Source: Candidatus Poribacteria bacterium (GTDB taxonomy: Bacteria > Poribacteria > WGA-4E > UBA9662). From it: 64,000 bases of DNA. The stretch's first letter is position 1, and each line of letters begins with the position of its first letter. Of the stretch, positions 31,331 through 42,388 are shown piece after piece. The stretch lies in contig JAYGDX010000068.1 in NCBI GenBank assembly GCA_046582655.1, positions 32,001 to 96,000 on the forward strand. The letters run 5' to 3'. The notes below the pieces were generated by a model. That model was not told the origin of the DNA and made no database searches. It worked only from the letters and a program-made list of their open reading frames with translations. The position numbers and the translations under genes were made by a program.

Positions 31331-32800
31331 ATGAACAACCGTCCAAACATTCTAATTATTCAGTCTGACCAGCACCGAATCGACTGTATCGGAGCATATG
31401 GGAACTCAGAGATCCAAACACCACACCTCGATGCGCTGTCAGCGGACGGCATCAGGTATCAGCAGTCGTTCTGCCCATATCCGGTGTGCACACCATCGAG
31501 ATATTCATTTCTGTCCGGGCTTTATGTCCATCAGCACATGGGGCGGAGCAATCGCTCAACCTTGTCCCCCGTTATCCCGACCTTTCCGCGTGTTCTGTGT
31601 GATGCAGGTTATCAAACTAAAGCTGTCGGCAAGATGCACTTCACACCGACCTATCTGGACGTTGGATTTGAAGAGATGTTGCTGGCTGAGCAGGCTGGGT
31701 CAGGGCGGTACGATGACGACTATCACCGATGGTTGAAGGAAGAAGGTCAGTTCGACCAGATTGATCTGATAGATCAGGTACAGGAGTATCGACAACAGAC
31801 GTCAGCAGAATACTGGGATACTGTCGGCGCCATAGAATCGAACCTGGAGGAAAAGTACCACTCTACCACCTGGATTGGAGATTGTGCTGTCGAAAGCCTC
31901 TCCGATTGGAACCATGATCGTTCGCACTTGCTGATGGTGAGTTTTATCAAACCGCACCATCCGTTCGATCCACCAACACCGTGGAGTCGGATGTACGACC
32001 TAAACCGACTGTCACTACTGCCCGGATACACCGATTCACCCCTACAGCATGATCTGGATTTTCACGCTGGATTTTTCCCTTACGCTGAAATGACAGAGGA
32101 AAAGATTCGTGGTGCCATGGCTTATTATTATGCGACTATTTCTCAGATCGACCATCACCTTGGACGCTTAATAGACTGTCTCAAGCAAAAGGACTTATAC
32201 GATAATACACTTATCCTTTATAACAGCGATCACGGTGAATATATGGGTTATCATCACCTGTTGCTGAAAGGTAATTACATGTATGATCCACTGATCAAGG
32301 TGCCATTGATTATCAAGTATCCAGATCAAACCCAGGCAGGTACTGTTTCTGACGCCTTGGTCAACACCATCGACGCGGCACCGACGCTATTGAAACAAAC
32401 TAGCTGCCAAGTCCCCGAAACTATGATGGGGCTGGATTTAATGGATTCAGCAGATCAGCGGGAATTCGTTTTCGCCGAAGCTGGTCGTGGCAGCGGATAC
32501 ATGGCTCGGTCAAAGACACGGAAACTTCTACTTCATCACCAGGAGAACCAATCCCAATTTTTTGATCTGGAGATGGATCCGTACGAATTGAACAACCTCT
32601 TCTTCGATCCACATTGGCAGGACGAGGTTGCTGCCTTTCGGGAGGCATTGTTCAAATGGGCAATGTTTGATCATCCAACTCATGCCTACCTAGACCCAAC
32701 TTCTGCCATAATTCCGGCTAGGAACGCAGTTCACCATGATGATGGACATCGAGATGAGATCTACGCTTACTTTAAAAACAAAATGAAAGGTAACGCGTAG
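31331..32800 (+). CDS. Cys-type sulfatase, no signal peptide
   Basis: PNILIIQSDQHR, CTPSRY, VGKMH, KPHHP, SDHGE. Confidence 0.93.
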   Translation: MNNRPNILIIQSDQHRIDCIGAYGNSEIQTPHLDALSADGIRYQQSFCPYPVCTPSRYSFLSGLYVHQHMGRSNRSTLSPVIPTFPRVLCDAGYQTKAVGKMHFTPTYLDVGFEEMLLAEQAGSGRYDDDYHRWLKEEGQFDQIDLIDQVQEYRQQTSAEYWDTVGAIESNLEEKYHSTTWIGDCAVESLSDWNHDRSHLLMVSFIKPHHPFDPPTPWSRMYDLNRLSLLPGYTDSPLQHDLDFHAGFFPYAEMTEEKIRGAMAYYYATISQIDHHLGRLIDCLKQKDLYDNTLILYNSDHGEYMGYHHLLLKGNYMYDPLIKVPLIIKYPDQTQAGTVSDALVNTIDAAPTLLKQTSCQVPETMMGLDLMDSADQREFVFAEAGRGSGYMARSKTRKLLLHHQENQSQFFDLEMDPYELNNLFFDPHWQDEVAAFREALFKWAMFDHPTHAYLDPTSAIIPARNAVHHDDGHRDEIYAYFKNKMKGNA

Positions 32801-32817
32801 TCGGGAGATTCTCAAAT

Positions 32818-35355
32818 TTGCAAGATCAAAAGACACGCTTAATCCATCTGTTACCGGTCGAACGTCAAACCAAGACCGAAACTCAGGATTTGATACGCGG
32901 TTTTACAGACGCGGAATTGGCAGAGGCACAAGTAATCGTGCCAGAGAGAGAAGAACCAGGCCTGACTGCACCCATACCGAGAAAGGTTCATGTATCTGGT
33001 CGTGCTTGGGTTGCCGATCAGGGAAGAGCAAATGGCTTAAGCGATGTACGCGTCACTGATGGAGAGTACATCTATCTGACAGAAGAAGATGGCACCTTTT
33101 CCTTTATCTTTGACATGGATGATGATCCACACTGCCGTTTTGTTGTGGTCGTCTGTCCAAGCGGTTACCGATTAACAACGCCCTTTTTCCTACGCATCCC
33201 GCACGATGAAGAAACGGTAGAATACCAAGTCGACTTTGTTTTTCATACCGATATCCAAGATAGTCAATTTTCGTTTCTGGTAGCCAGTGATAGCCAGTTC
33301 ACCCGGCCAGAAGCCATGATCAGCATAGCGAAAGATTTCGCCCAGATGACAGAAGAAGCCAAAGACCTTGCGTTTCTAATGACGGTTGGTGACCTGACCA
33401 TGAGTGGCACACACTACCAGTGGGATATGTACGATCAAATTCAAGGTGCTTCTCAACTGCCGATTTATAACAGTTTTGGGGGGCATGATGGCAACTGTCT
33501 CACACCCCGTAGTACGCTCAACTACGAACTGCGGATTGGCCCGCCCTACTATTCGTGGGATTATGGTGGGGTTCATTTCGTTCAATTTGTGACCGAACAT
33601 CGGTATCTCGGTGAGAGAGGTCAGACACGGCAAGATAAGTGGTTGGAAGCGGATTTAAAAATGGTCGTACCGGAAACACCCGTTATTGTTGCCACACATT
33701 ACCCACTAAAGGCTGATTGGTTCGATCAACGAAAAGCTGAGGGCTTTAAGGTGATTTGTCAATTGGCTGCCCACTGGCATTGCGTCCAGGTCGGCAGTCG
33801 AGGGTCAGTCCCAGTCTTAATTACTGCTCCAGCCCGAGGATCGGATTGGGGATCGTATTCTAACGCTTACCGATGGGTGCACATTACCTCAAACGGTGTT
33901 CGAAGCGACCTCCGAGTTGCTGGACAATACCAACGACTGGAGGTCATTTCTCCGGCTGTTGCAACCACCCTCGGCCAACAACCGATTCGTCTGTTGGCTT
34001 ATGATTCGGCCAAGAAGGTAAAAACGGTGAGGTGTCGTCTGGCAGATCCAAATGGTGTTATCCAATCGACAGATCTAAAGCTTGACGGCGATTGGACATG
34101 GAAGGAACAGTTTAATCCACAAATTCCTGGTCAGTGGACGTTTGAACTAGATGCCACCGACCAACTCAACCAGTGTTGGCAACAGAAACATTTAGTTGAA
34201 GTCATTGATACGTGTTTAGCTGATCCTGTGATTGGTGGCGACTTTCCTTGGATCTTAGCTGGAGACCCTCCCCGCGTATTAGCAGAAGGACCGGAACCTC
34301 CACTTTATCCACTTTGGATACAGCACACTGGTTCTGTTCATGTCCTACATGCTTCACCTGTCGTCGCTCACGGCCATGTGTATGTGGCTGTAACCAACCC
34401 AAACGCGGGTGAGATCTTTCATGGAATCTGCTGCTTTGAGGCCAAAACGGGGCAGGAAATTTGGAGGAGTCCATCGCCACGAGGAGATATCCGCGGGGCA
34501 GTGACGGTTCATGAGGATTGCGTTTATACAGTGACAGGCCAAGGATGGGCTGCTGCCTATATGGCCAAAACAGGAGAATTGTTGTGGGCACAACCACTAA
34601 AGCCGGCTTATGCCGACGGTCGTCCGCTAGCCATTAACCAAACACCACCGATTCCGACAAAATTCGGCCTATTGGTAAGCGATTGGCAGTCACCACAGTT
34701 CCTGCTTAATTACCAGACTGGTGAGGAAATCAGGCAATTCGACATTGATATTGGTTATTATGCAGCCTTCGCCACCATTTTCGACGACATCCTTTACATC
34801 GCGCGCCGTTACGGGTGTTCGGCTATTCGGTTGCCTTTAGGAGAAGTGGTGTGGGAAGGTGAGGAATCTGCCCGATCAACCTCGGCCGGAATTGTTGTTG
34901 ATGGAAAATTTATATATCGCACGGCATCGAGCGTGAAGGCACTGGATACCGAAACTGGAGAAGAAATCTGGGACACACCTGTGGCCAATGCCGGGTTCCA
35001 GAACCCAATTCCGGTTGTATGGGATGATCTGGTGTTGGTCAATGGTACGCACTTTACTGCCATTGACTTGGTCACGAGCGAGATCCGATGGGAGGTTGCC
35101 TGTGCGCAAGACGCATCCAGATTTGAACGCTCCCAGCGTCAAACTATGGCCGGAAGTTCTACACCAATCGTTGCTGGAAATTATGCCTATTTTGGCCATG
35201 ACGACACCTCAATTCGAACCGTCAATAACCAAGGCCATCTGGTCTGGGTGTATCGGCTTGGTACGCCAATCAAGACTGCACCTGTGGTTTGCGGAAATTT
35301 ACTTTTTGCTCACGATTACTCAGGAAACCTGTGGTGTTTCGCGCCAACCGTCTGA
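32818..35355 (+). CDS. Calcineurin-like metallophosphoesterase fused to PQQ-like beta-propeller repeats
   Basis: SDSQ, GDLT, GGHD, THYP, AHWH; C-terminal repeats AKTGQEIW, AKTGELLW, TETGEEIW. Start uncertain (TTG). Confidence 0.8.
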   Translation: MQDQKTRLIHLLPVERQTKTETQDLIRGFTDAELAEAQVIVPEREEPGLTAPIPRKVHVSGRAWVADQGRANGLSDVRVTDGEYIYLTEEDGTFSFIFDMDDDPHCRFVVVVCPSGYRLTTPFFLRIPHDEETVEYQVDFVFHTDIQDSQFSFLVASDSQFTRPEAMISIAKDFAQMTEEAKDLAFLMTVGDLTMSGTHYQWDMYDQIQGASQLPIYNSFGGHDGNCLTPRSTLNYELRIGPPYYSWDYGGVHFVQFVTEHRYLGERGQTRQDKWLEADLKMVVPETPVIVATHYPLKADWFDQRKAEGFKVICQLAAHWHCVQVGSRGSVPVLITAPARGSDWGSYSNAYRWVHITSNGVRSDLRVAGQYQRLEVISPAVATTLGQQPIRLLAYDSAKKVKTVRCRLADPNGVIQSTDLKLDGDWTWKEQFNPQIPGQWTFELDATDQLNQCWQQKHLVEVIDTCLADPVIGGDFPWILAGDPPRVLAEGPEPPLYPLWIQHTGSVHVLHASPVVAHGHVYVAVTNPNAGEIFHGICCFEAKTGQEIWRSPSPRGDIRGAVTVHEDCVYTVTGQGWAAAYMAKTGELLWAQPLKPAYADGRPLAINQTPPIPTKFGLLVSDWQSPQFLLNYQTGEEIRQFDIDIGYYAAFATIFDDILYIARRYGCSAIRLPLGEVVWEGEESARSTSAGIVVDGKFIYRTASSVKALDTETGEEIWDTPVANAGFQNPIPVVWDDLVLVNGTHFTAIDLVTSEIRWEVACAQDASRFERSQRQTMAGSSTPIVAGNYAYFGHDDTSIRTVNNQGHLVWVYRLGTPIKTAPVVCGNLLFAHDYSGNLWCFAPTV

Positions 35356-35410
35356 ATTTTGAATTGCCCTTCATCGTCTGACCTTCTATAACCATATTCG
35401 AGGAGTGAAC

Positions 35411-36805
35411 ATGTTAAGATCCCAGTTTTATCCACTTATATTTGGAATTTCGGTGACAATAATCCTAATTGGTTGCCAGCAGAAATCGACCGATAAAAAC
35501 AGGCAGAGTACAAAAGGCAATCAGGTCACCACCTTGATTGTGCGTTGCAAAGCAAAACCACCTACTGAAGACTGGCGCGGAAATAACCTAATTGCTGCGG
35601 CAGAAGTGGTGAACGCAGAATTACAAGCGGCAGAGGATAAACGCAGTGTTCGAATTCAACTGATTCAGGATGACAAAGACTGGGGTGCATACAAGACGGA
35701 GTTTGAGCTGGCATCGGATGCCAATCAAGCCTCAGATATTATCCTTTCCGGGCATGAACATATTGGGGATTGGGCCTCTGCCAACTTGATCCTGCCCATT
35801 ACAGACAAAATACCAAACCATCCCGAATTTAGTGACGTTATTCCATCGTTATGGCAGGCGACAGAATGGAATAGCGAAAGATGGGGTATCCCGCAAGATG
35901 CCGAAGTGCGCCTCTTATACTATAGTAAACCGATCCTGCGGAAACTTGGCTGGAGCGATGAAAAAATTGAAAATCTGCCGACTCAAATTACCAAAGGTGA
36001 ATTTACTTGGCTAGACATGCTTCAAGTGGCCAAGCAGGCAGTAAATCAAAAAATAGTAGTCCCTGGGAATGGTTGGTGGCATCGTTCTCAGAATGGGCCT
36101 GACTTCTTATATTATTATTTAGCCCACGGCGGCGAAATCATCAACCAAGATGGAATTCTTGTCTTTGACCGACAGGCTGTTTTGAAAGTCTATCAACTAT
36201 TGTATTCTGCCGCCCACGAAATACGGGTGCTCTCACCCAACCTGATCGGTATGGATGCCAACGAATGGAATACCACTATCAGTACGGCTAATAGAGTGCT
36301 CTTTTGGTTCGCTGGTTCGTGGAACTGGGCTGATTGGGCCACTAACTATCTCCAGGATTTTGGAGTTGAAGCGTTTTTATTCAAAAATGTTGGGTTCGCA
36401 CCAATTCCGGCAGGATCGACCGGAAAGCCGATTACGCTGACACATCCGCTGGTATATATGATCAGTACCCAGTCGACGCATCCAGACTTGGCCTTACGAG
36501 TAATTGCTAAAGCCACAACCAGAGAGTCTAATACCAATCACGCTGTCAGCAGTGCCCATTTGGGAATTTTGAAATCTCAGAAGAATTTTCCGCCTTATGT
36601 CAAGGCCAGATTTCTTAGCGAAGTAATGTATCTCCTCAATTTCACCACTTTTCTACCAAATAGTACACACTGGGGCAGTTGGTCGGACGCGTTTTTCCTG
36701 GGAATTCAAGCGGTAGAGTCTGGGGATCTAAAACCAGCACAGGCTTTAGAGGTCATTGAAGGTCAAATCAAAAACGATCTCGGAAATCAGATCATTATTC
36801 GTTGA
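35411..36805 (+). CDS. Sugar ABC transporter substrate-binding lipoprotein
   Basis: Lipobox LIGC; WGIPQDAEVRLLYY; adjacent to the permeases. Confidence 0.9.
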   Translation: MLRSQFYPLIFGISVTIILIGCQQKSTDKNRQSTKGNQVTTLIVRCKAKPPTEDWRGNNLIAAAEVVNAELQAAEDKRSVRIQLIQDDKDWGAYKTEFELASDANQASDIILSGHEHIGDWASANLILPITDKIPNHPEFSDVIPSLWQATEWNSERWGIPQDAEVRLLYYSKPILRKLGWSDEKIENLPTQITKGEFTWLDMLQVAKQAVNQKIVVPGNGWWHRSQNGPDFLYYYLAHGGEIINQDGILVFDRQAVLKVYQLLYSAAHEIRVLSPNLIGMDANEWNTTISTANRVLFWFAGSWNWADWATNYLQDFGVEAFLFKNVGFAPIPAGSTGKPITLTHPLVYMISTQSTHPDLALRVIAKATTRESNTNHAVSSAHLGILKSQKNFPPYVKARFLSEVMYLLNFTTFLPNSTHWGSWSDAFFLGIQAVESGDLKPAQALEVIEGQIKNDLGNQIIIR

Positions 36806-37040
36806 AGTTAATGATTATATTATAATCATACGCACAAATACTATAGTTATTTAGATCGGAATTTTTTTGTCGCGTTTTGCCTGAGTTCGTATTGAGGCCT
36901 CTAATATATTGAGAAAGATGGGCTTCCAAAGGACGAAAAGCAGTCAAAAGATACGAGAAGAAGCGACAGCTCTTTTCCTTTCTCTCTATTTCTTCTGGTA
37001 TAGGTAAATTGATAAAAACCAATCTAGTTTTAGCAAATTT

Positions 37041-37991
37041 ATGACGATTGACAATCCCAATACCATGCCCCACCGGAGGAAAATATGGCGGTCACTGAGT
37101 GTGTGGATCTTTATGGGGCCGGCGGCATTCTTGGTGACTGTGTTTTTCTTCATTCCCGTAGTGATCCTGATTTGGATCAGTTTAACCAATCTATCTAGTC
37201 AGAACTTCGGTAATCCCGAGTTTATTGGTTTAGCAAATTATGTCAGGTTGTTCAAAGATCGATTCTTCTTGAAGATTTTGGGAAATACCTTTTTCTACAT
37301 GGTGATAACGTTAAGCTTTTTTAACATTGGGCTGGCCCTGCTCTTGGCACTACTAACTACCCACATCAACCGTCAGGCGGGTTTTTTCTTTCGCGCTATT
37401 TGGCTGCTACCACGGATCACGCCTTCGGTAATCTACATTATGATGTGGAAACGATTAGCTGCCAGTGAGCCGTACGGTATTATCAATCAACTTCTAAGCC
37501 CGTTCGGGGTCGAAGCTCAAAACTGGCTCTGGACCAGACCGTGGCTATTCGTTATCTTGGTGAACGGCTATATTGGAGCCTCGTTCGGTATGATTATCTT
37601 TACCTCTGCTATTGAATCGGTTCCTAAAGACCTGATCATGGCGGCCAGAGTCGATGGAGCGTCAACATTGCAGATCATTGGCGATATTACGCTTCCGCAA
37701 ATGAAGTGGCCGCTATTGTTCGTGACAACTTATCAGACCCTTTCCTTATTAACCTCTTTTGAATTTATCTTACTACTAACTAATGGCGGTCCCGGCTTGT
37801 ATAAAACGGAGGTCTGGGCGTTGGCAGCTTACCATCGAGCTTTAAGAACCTACTTCGGCAACAACCAGTGGGGCTATGGCGCGGCTTGGGGATTCATTCT
37901 GGTGATCATCGGCATTATCCTGTCGGTTGTCTATTTACGTGTTTTTCGATTTAATCGACTCGTTCGAGAACCCAGAATCGATGTGGTCTAA
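37041..37991 (+). CDS. Sugar ABC transporter permease (MalF-like)
   Basis: FIGLANY, EAA loop MAARVDGAS; multiple TM helices. Confidence 0.92.
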   Translation: MTIDNPNTMPHRRKIWRSLSVWIFMGPAAFLVTVFFFIPVVILIWISLTNLSSQNFGNPEFIGLANYVRLFKDRFFLKILGNTFFYMVITLSFFNIGLALLLALLTTHINRQAGFFFRAIWLLPRITPSVIYIMMWKRLAASEPYGIINQLLSPFGVEAQNWLWTRPWLFVILVNGYIGASFGMIIFTSAIESVPKDLIMAARVDGASTLQIIGDITLPQMKWPLLFVTTYQTLSLLTSFEFILLLTNGGPGLYKTEVWALAAYHRALRTYFGNNQWGYGAAWGFILVIIGIILSVVYLRVFRFNRLVREPRIDVV

Positions 37992-37996
37992 AAGTG

Positions 37997-38899
37997 ATGT
38001 TTGAAAAAACGTGGAACAAAACAGGTCGAGTGTATGGCCCTAAACGCATTTTTGGCAATATGATAGTCTATTTGCTTCTTGTTATCATTACCATACCAAT
38101 TCTAGTTGGTTATGCTTGGTTGGTCATCGCCACATTCTCGCACCGAACTGAGGGATTGCTACCCAAAAATGTTGCTGGCAATATCGGAGGCTGGACGTTG
38201 CAGAACTGGGGTTTTGTAACAAATCCCCACATTTGGCAAATGACATTGAATTCTTTTATCATCGCTATCAGCATGGTGATTGGGGTTGGATCGATTTCAT
38301 CACTGGCAGGTTATGCGTTGTCCCGAATGAATTTCATCGGTCGGAGAGGGTTCCTGTCGATGACTATCGTCCTGCACGCTTTTCCTAGTGTCACTTTGCT
38401 AATCTCAATTTTCTTTGTCCTAAGATTTATCACCAATATTCCGGGAATTGGTTCGGTCTTAGGTTACAATACTGCTGGTGGTATTGCGCTGGTGATGATT
38501 AGTTTGGATCTCCCTCTGGGAATCTGGCTAATGAAAGGGTTTTTCGACAACGTCTCATGGGATACAGAGCAATCGGCTTTGATTGATGGGGCTTCACGAC
38601 TCCGCATTTGGTGGGAAATTATTCTGCCACAGATCAAGCCAGGGTTGGCCGCGCTGGCTATTTTCACCTTTCTAACGGGATGGTCGGCCTACCTTGTACC
38701 AGCGACTTTCACGATTGGTACTCAGATGGCGAATTTACCGGTTTATTTAAATCAACTACAAGGAGACACAGCGTTGACCAACTGGAACATAGTGGCAGCG
38801 GTAGGTCTGTTTCAATTGGTACCAGTCCTCATGTTCTTCATCTTCTCCCAGAAATTACTACTGAATATCTACTCCGGCGGTGTCAAAGGCGGAGTTTAA
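37997..38899 (+). CDS. Sugar ABC transporter permease (MalG-like)
   Basis: AGYALSR, EQSALIDGAS, C-terminal GGVKG. Confidence 0.92.
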   Translation: MFEKTWNKTGRVYGPKRIFGNMIVYLLLVIITIPILVGYAWLVIATFSHRTEGLLPKNVAGNIGGWTLQNWGFVTNPHIWQMTLNSFIIAISMVIGVGSISSLAGYALSRMNFIGRRGFLSMTIVLHAFPSVTLLISIFFVLRFITNIPGIGSVLGYNTAGGIALVMISLDLPLGIWLMKGFFDNVSWDTEQSALIDGASRLRIWWEIILPQIKPGLAALAIFTFLTGWSAYLVPATFTIGTQMANLPVYLNQLQGDTALTNWNIVAAVGLFQLVPVLMFFIFSQKLLLNIYSGGVKGGV

Positions 38900-38916
38900 A
38901 CGCTGTAAAAAAAGCG

Positions 38917-39987
38917 ATGAAGGTCCAACTCGAAAATTTGACTAAGCGATGGGACGATGTCATCGGTGTAGACGCAATCAACCTTGAAATAAAAGATGGT
39001 GAATTCGTTGCCCTTCTGGGACCATCAGGTTGTGGTAAAACAACGACCCTTCTGATGGTTGCTGGGATCTATCAACCTACTTGGGGAACTATTCGTTTCG
39101 ACGATCGAGTGGTAAACTATCTGCCACCTAAGGATCGTAATATAGGGATGGTATTCCAGAGTTACGCGCTTTATCCACATATGACGGTAGCACAGAACAT
39201 TGGTTATTCGCTTAAGCTGAAGAAGGCACCAAAAATTGAGATCAACCAAAGTGTCCAGCAGGTAGCGGATAAGATGGGAATTGGGGATCTGCTTCACCGG
39301 AGGCCATTTCAATTGTCAGGTGGACAGCAACAGCGAGTAGCTCTGGGGCGTGCCTTGGTCAAGGAACCCGCGCTTTTACTGTTTGATGAGCCTCTGTCTA
39401 ATCTGGATGCTCGCCTGCGCCTCTCGATGCGTCGGGAGATTAAGCGGTTGCAGGTTGAACTGGGGATTACGGCACTCTACGTCAGCCATGATCAAGTGGA
39501 AGCCATGACGATGGCGGACCGAATTGCGGTGATGAAAGATGGTAGGATTCAGGACTATGCCACGCCCGACAAGCTTTATAATCAGCCAAAAACAATCTAC
39601 ACTGCGGGCTTTATTGGTAACCCTCCAATGAATTTTTGGCAGGTGGAGATTAGTCAGGCAGACGGACAATTTCAGGCTCAAGGTGGAGGTGTTTACTTGA
39701 CCTTACCGCCTGAAAAGGGGACAGAGGCGATTGGTGCTAACCCTGTCACTGTCGGTATACGACCTGAAGACATTATAGTATCGGATCAAGGTGTATCAGG
39801 CGAGGTTGTTTCTGTTGAGCCTCTTGGTCGTGATGACTTGATTGGTGTTCATATTGGAGACATTGAGGTTCATGCACTTGCAAACCCCAAGCACAATTTC
39901 AGTGAAGGAGGTCACGTTAAACTGAATTTTAACACTCAAAAAGTCCAGCTTTTTCATTCGGATACCGGGCGATCACTTCTCTGGTGA
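38917..39987 (+). CDS. Sugar ABC transporter ATPase (MalK-like)
   Basis: GPSGCGKT, LSGGQQQR, LLFDEPLSNLD, C-terminal TOBE domain. Confidence 0.95.
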   Translation: MKVQLENLTKRWDDVIGVDAINLEIKDGEFVALLGPSGCGKTTTLLMVAGIYQPTWGTIRFDDRVVNYLPPKDRNIGMVFQSYALYPHMTVAQNIGYSLKLKKAPKIEINQSVQQVADKMGIGDLLHRRPFQLSGGQQQRVALGRALVKEPALLLFDEPLSNLDARLRLSMRREIKRLQVELGITALYVSHDQVEAMTMADRIAVMKDGRIQDYATPDKLYNQPKTIYTAGFIGNPPMNFWQVEISQADGQFQAQGGGVYLTLPPEKGTEAIGANPVTVGIRPEDIIVSDQGVSGEVVSVEPLGRDDLIGVHIGDIEVHALANPKHNFSEGGHVKLNFNTQKVQLFHSDTGRSLLW

Positions 39988-39998
39988 GAATTGGCCTA

Positions 39999-40750
39999 CT
40001 AAAAAACTTCAACTTCTAAATCGTCAAACCATGATGTTCCTCTCCCATCCTGACGGAGGTAGATATAACTCGCACTGATCTCTGGTGATGGCAGTCTATG
40101 AATTTCAATGCTGACGCGGGGCTGTTATTGGTTCCCACTAATTTCTGTGAACAGATGTAAGGGTAATGTTGCGGATAATTATAAATACCCTGCGAAGCGC
40201 TAGAGGCGCACCGCGACCATCCAGCTCCTCAGTTTTATGTAAGCACTGACACGGAACCTTGTCAGTTATGTCCATTTCTGAGTCTGACACCGTCACTCTC
40301 TTGATTCATAACCCACTCATTGGGATCATCAATGTCCTTGAAGATTTTCAGTGAGAAGTCGTCAGATTTCCAAAATCTTGGCACCAAATTGTGCCATCGC
40401 CCTGTGGCAACTACGGCTAAGGATCGGTATTACCTGAGGTTGGTTAGTTCAACCGAAGTCCCTTTTCAAGACTGTTAAAAGCTCGTAAAGAGGCAGTTTC
40501 TCAAAATCGTTTTAGCTGACAGAGTCGAATCCGAAACGAGCAGAGGGAATTATACAATTCTCAGCGTGGTAGTATCCAGTAAAGTGAGTGTCGTAGCCCC
40601 AGTTGTACACACTAATCAGGGGATAGGAAGCGGTCTCACCAACAAATTCAAAAGTCGGGTTGTCACCCTATTCGTAAACCAGAACAAAAATGAATCACAC
40701 TTCTGGTAGGATTGAAGTGCGTTCGGCTCTGGGAAGGATGGATATAGTAC
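39999..40750 (-). pseudogene. Decayed gene with a C-terminal carbohydrate-binding-like domain
   Basis: Minus-strand fragments YPLISVYNWGYDTHF, FRVSAYIKTEELDGRGA, YIYLRQDGRGTSWFDDLEVEVF*; no long ORF. Left end defined by the stop, right end approximate. Confidence 0.55.
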
Positions 40751-40863
40751 GAGTGCTATTAAGGGAAAGTTATGAGTACAGGATTCTCTTAACTTATGAT
40801 ATAGTGAATCAGATTCTTAGAGACTCGATTAACTGCTGTTGATGATAATTCCGGAGATGGTTG

Positions 40864-42388
40864 ATGAAAAACCGAGTTATCGCTGTACTGGTGTCAGTCT
40901 GTTTGCTATCTTTTTTTACCCTTGAGGCTGAATCTGCTGAAAACGAATTACCTGATCAAGAATTGTCGCGACTCCTCAGTCAGTTGCGTGATGGAGACAC
41001 CGAGACTCGTATTGATGCTGCCGTTGCTCTGGCGTAGATGGGCCAGATTGCGAATCAGGCATTCTCCTCCCTAATCCTAGCCTTGAGTGATGACGATGCC
41101 TAGGTTCGAGCGACTGTTGCCTATGCGCTGGGTCAAATTGGTGTGTCGGATAGAACTGCTGTTCTGGCTTTGGTTAAATCACTGAGTGATGTTGATTGGA
41201 GGGTTCGCCGTGACGCAGCTGATGCACTGGCCGAAATTGGTGTGCCGTCCGGTCCCAACCGAAAGGCTAGAGGTCGTTTCCCCTTTAATCCGAGCCTTGA
41301 GAGATGATAATCCCCAAGTTCGAGCCAATATTGCAAATGTCTTGAGCGGCATTGGAGAATCTGCCAAACAAGCAGTTCCCACTTTAATCCAAGCCTTACA
41401 TGATGGTGATGTACAGGTTAGAGCTAATACGGCAGACGCTTTAGGAAAGATTGGGCAACCACTGGAACAGATTTTGCTGGCGCTTATCTACGCCTTAGAT
41501 GATAATCAAGCTCTCGTTCGAGCAAACGCTGCGGACGCCCTCGGTGGAATAGGTCAACCAGCTAAGCAGTCTGTGCCCGCATTGATAAATGCTGTCAATG
41601 ATGAGGACAAGTGGGTTCGGATCAATATTGTCATGGCGCTAGAGTTAATCAAAGAACCTACAGATGCGGTTGTTACCTGCTTGGCGGCCACTCTGGATGA
41701 CGCGGACCAACGCGTACGAAGTTTTTCAGCTATTGGGTTGGGCGGTATCGGCCAGGCAGCTAAAAAAGCGGTTCCCACTTTGATACGGGCATTGGATGAC
41801 CGGGTAACCGAGATACGTGTCAACGCGGCTGAAGCCTTGGGATTGATAGGACATCCTTCGAAACAAGCAGTTCCGAGTTTATTGGAATTATTACAAAATC
41901 AATATGCTCAAGTGCGTGGAAGTGCGGCCGACGCTCTTGGAAGAATTGGGCATCCAGCCGAAGAAATTGTATTAGCGCTAATACAAAGGTTGAACGATGA
42001 TGACAGTAGAGTTTGCAGAGTCGCGACTATTGCTTTAGGAAGGATTGGTACGTCAGCCGAGCCCGCTGTTCCACGCCTGATCCAGAAACTGAAAAGCGAT
42101 GATATCCAGATCCGCGGTTTATCCGCCATAGCCCTGGGAAATATTGGAGCCGTTGCTGCACCGGCGGTACCAGACTTGATTCAAGCATTAAACGATCAAA
42201 ATGAAAAGGTTCGTGGAATGGCGGCTATGGCTTTAGGAGGCATCGGGGAACCTGCTAAATCAGCTGTTTGGGCATTGATACCAATGCTGAATGGTGAAAG
42301 CAAGCGGATCCGCGATTTTACCGCCCAAGCATTGGAGGCAATCGGTACTGTTGAAGCACGATCAGCCCTAAATCGTTATCGTTGGTAA
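40864..42388 (+). pseudogene. HEAT-repeat (PBS-lyase-like) protein with signal peptide, disrupted
   Basis: ATG 40864 with signal peptide; in-frame TAG at 41035 and 41101; frameshift near 41250; intact VRANAADALGxIG...AVPxLI repeats thereafter. Confidence 0.85.

Noticed and set aside
36806..37040. sRNA in the 235-nt gap between the ABC binding protein and the permease
   Set aside because: Only weak pairing potential and no recognisable family; such spacers after binding-protein genes are common.
41035..41103. Stop-codon reassignment (TAG read as Gln or pyrrolysine), suggested by two in-frame TAGs in the HEAT gene and one at 47352
   Set aside because: TAG terminates intact genes here (dnaJ, second sulfatase, SRAP); the TAGs replace different residues (Gln versus Trp); the same genes also carry frameshifts.
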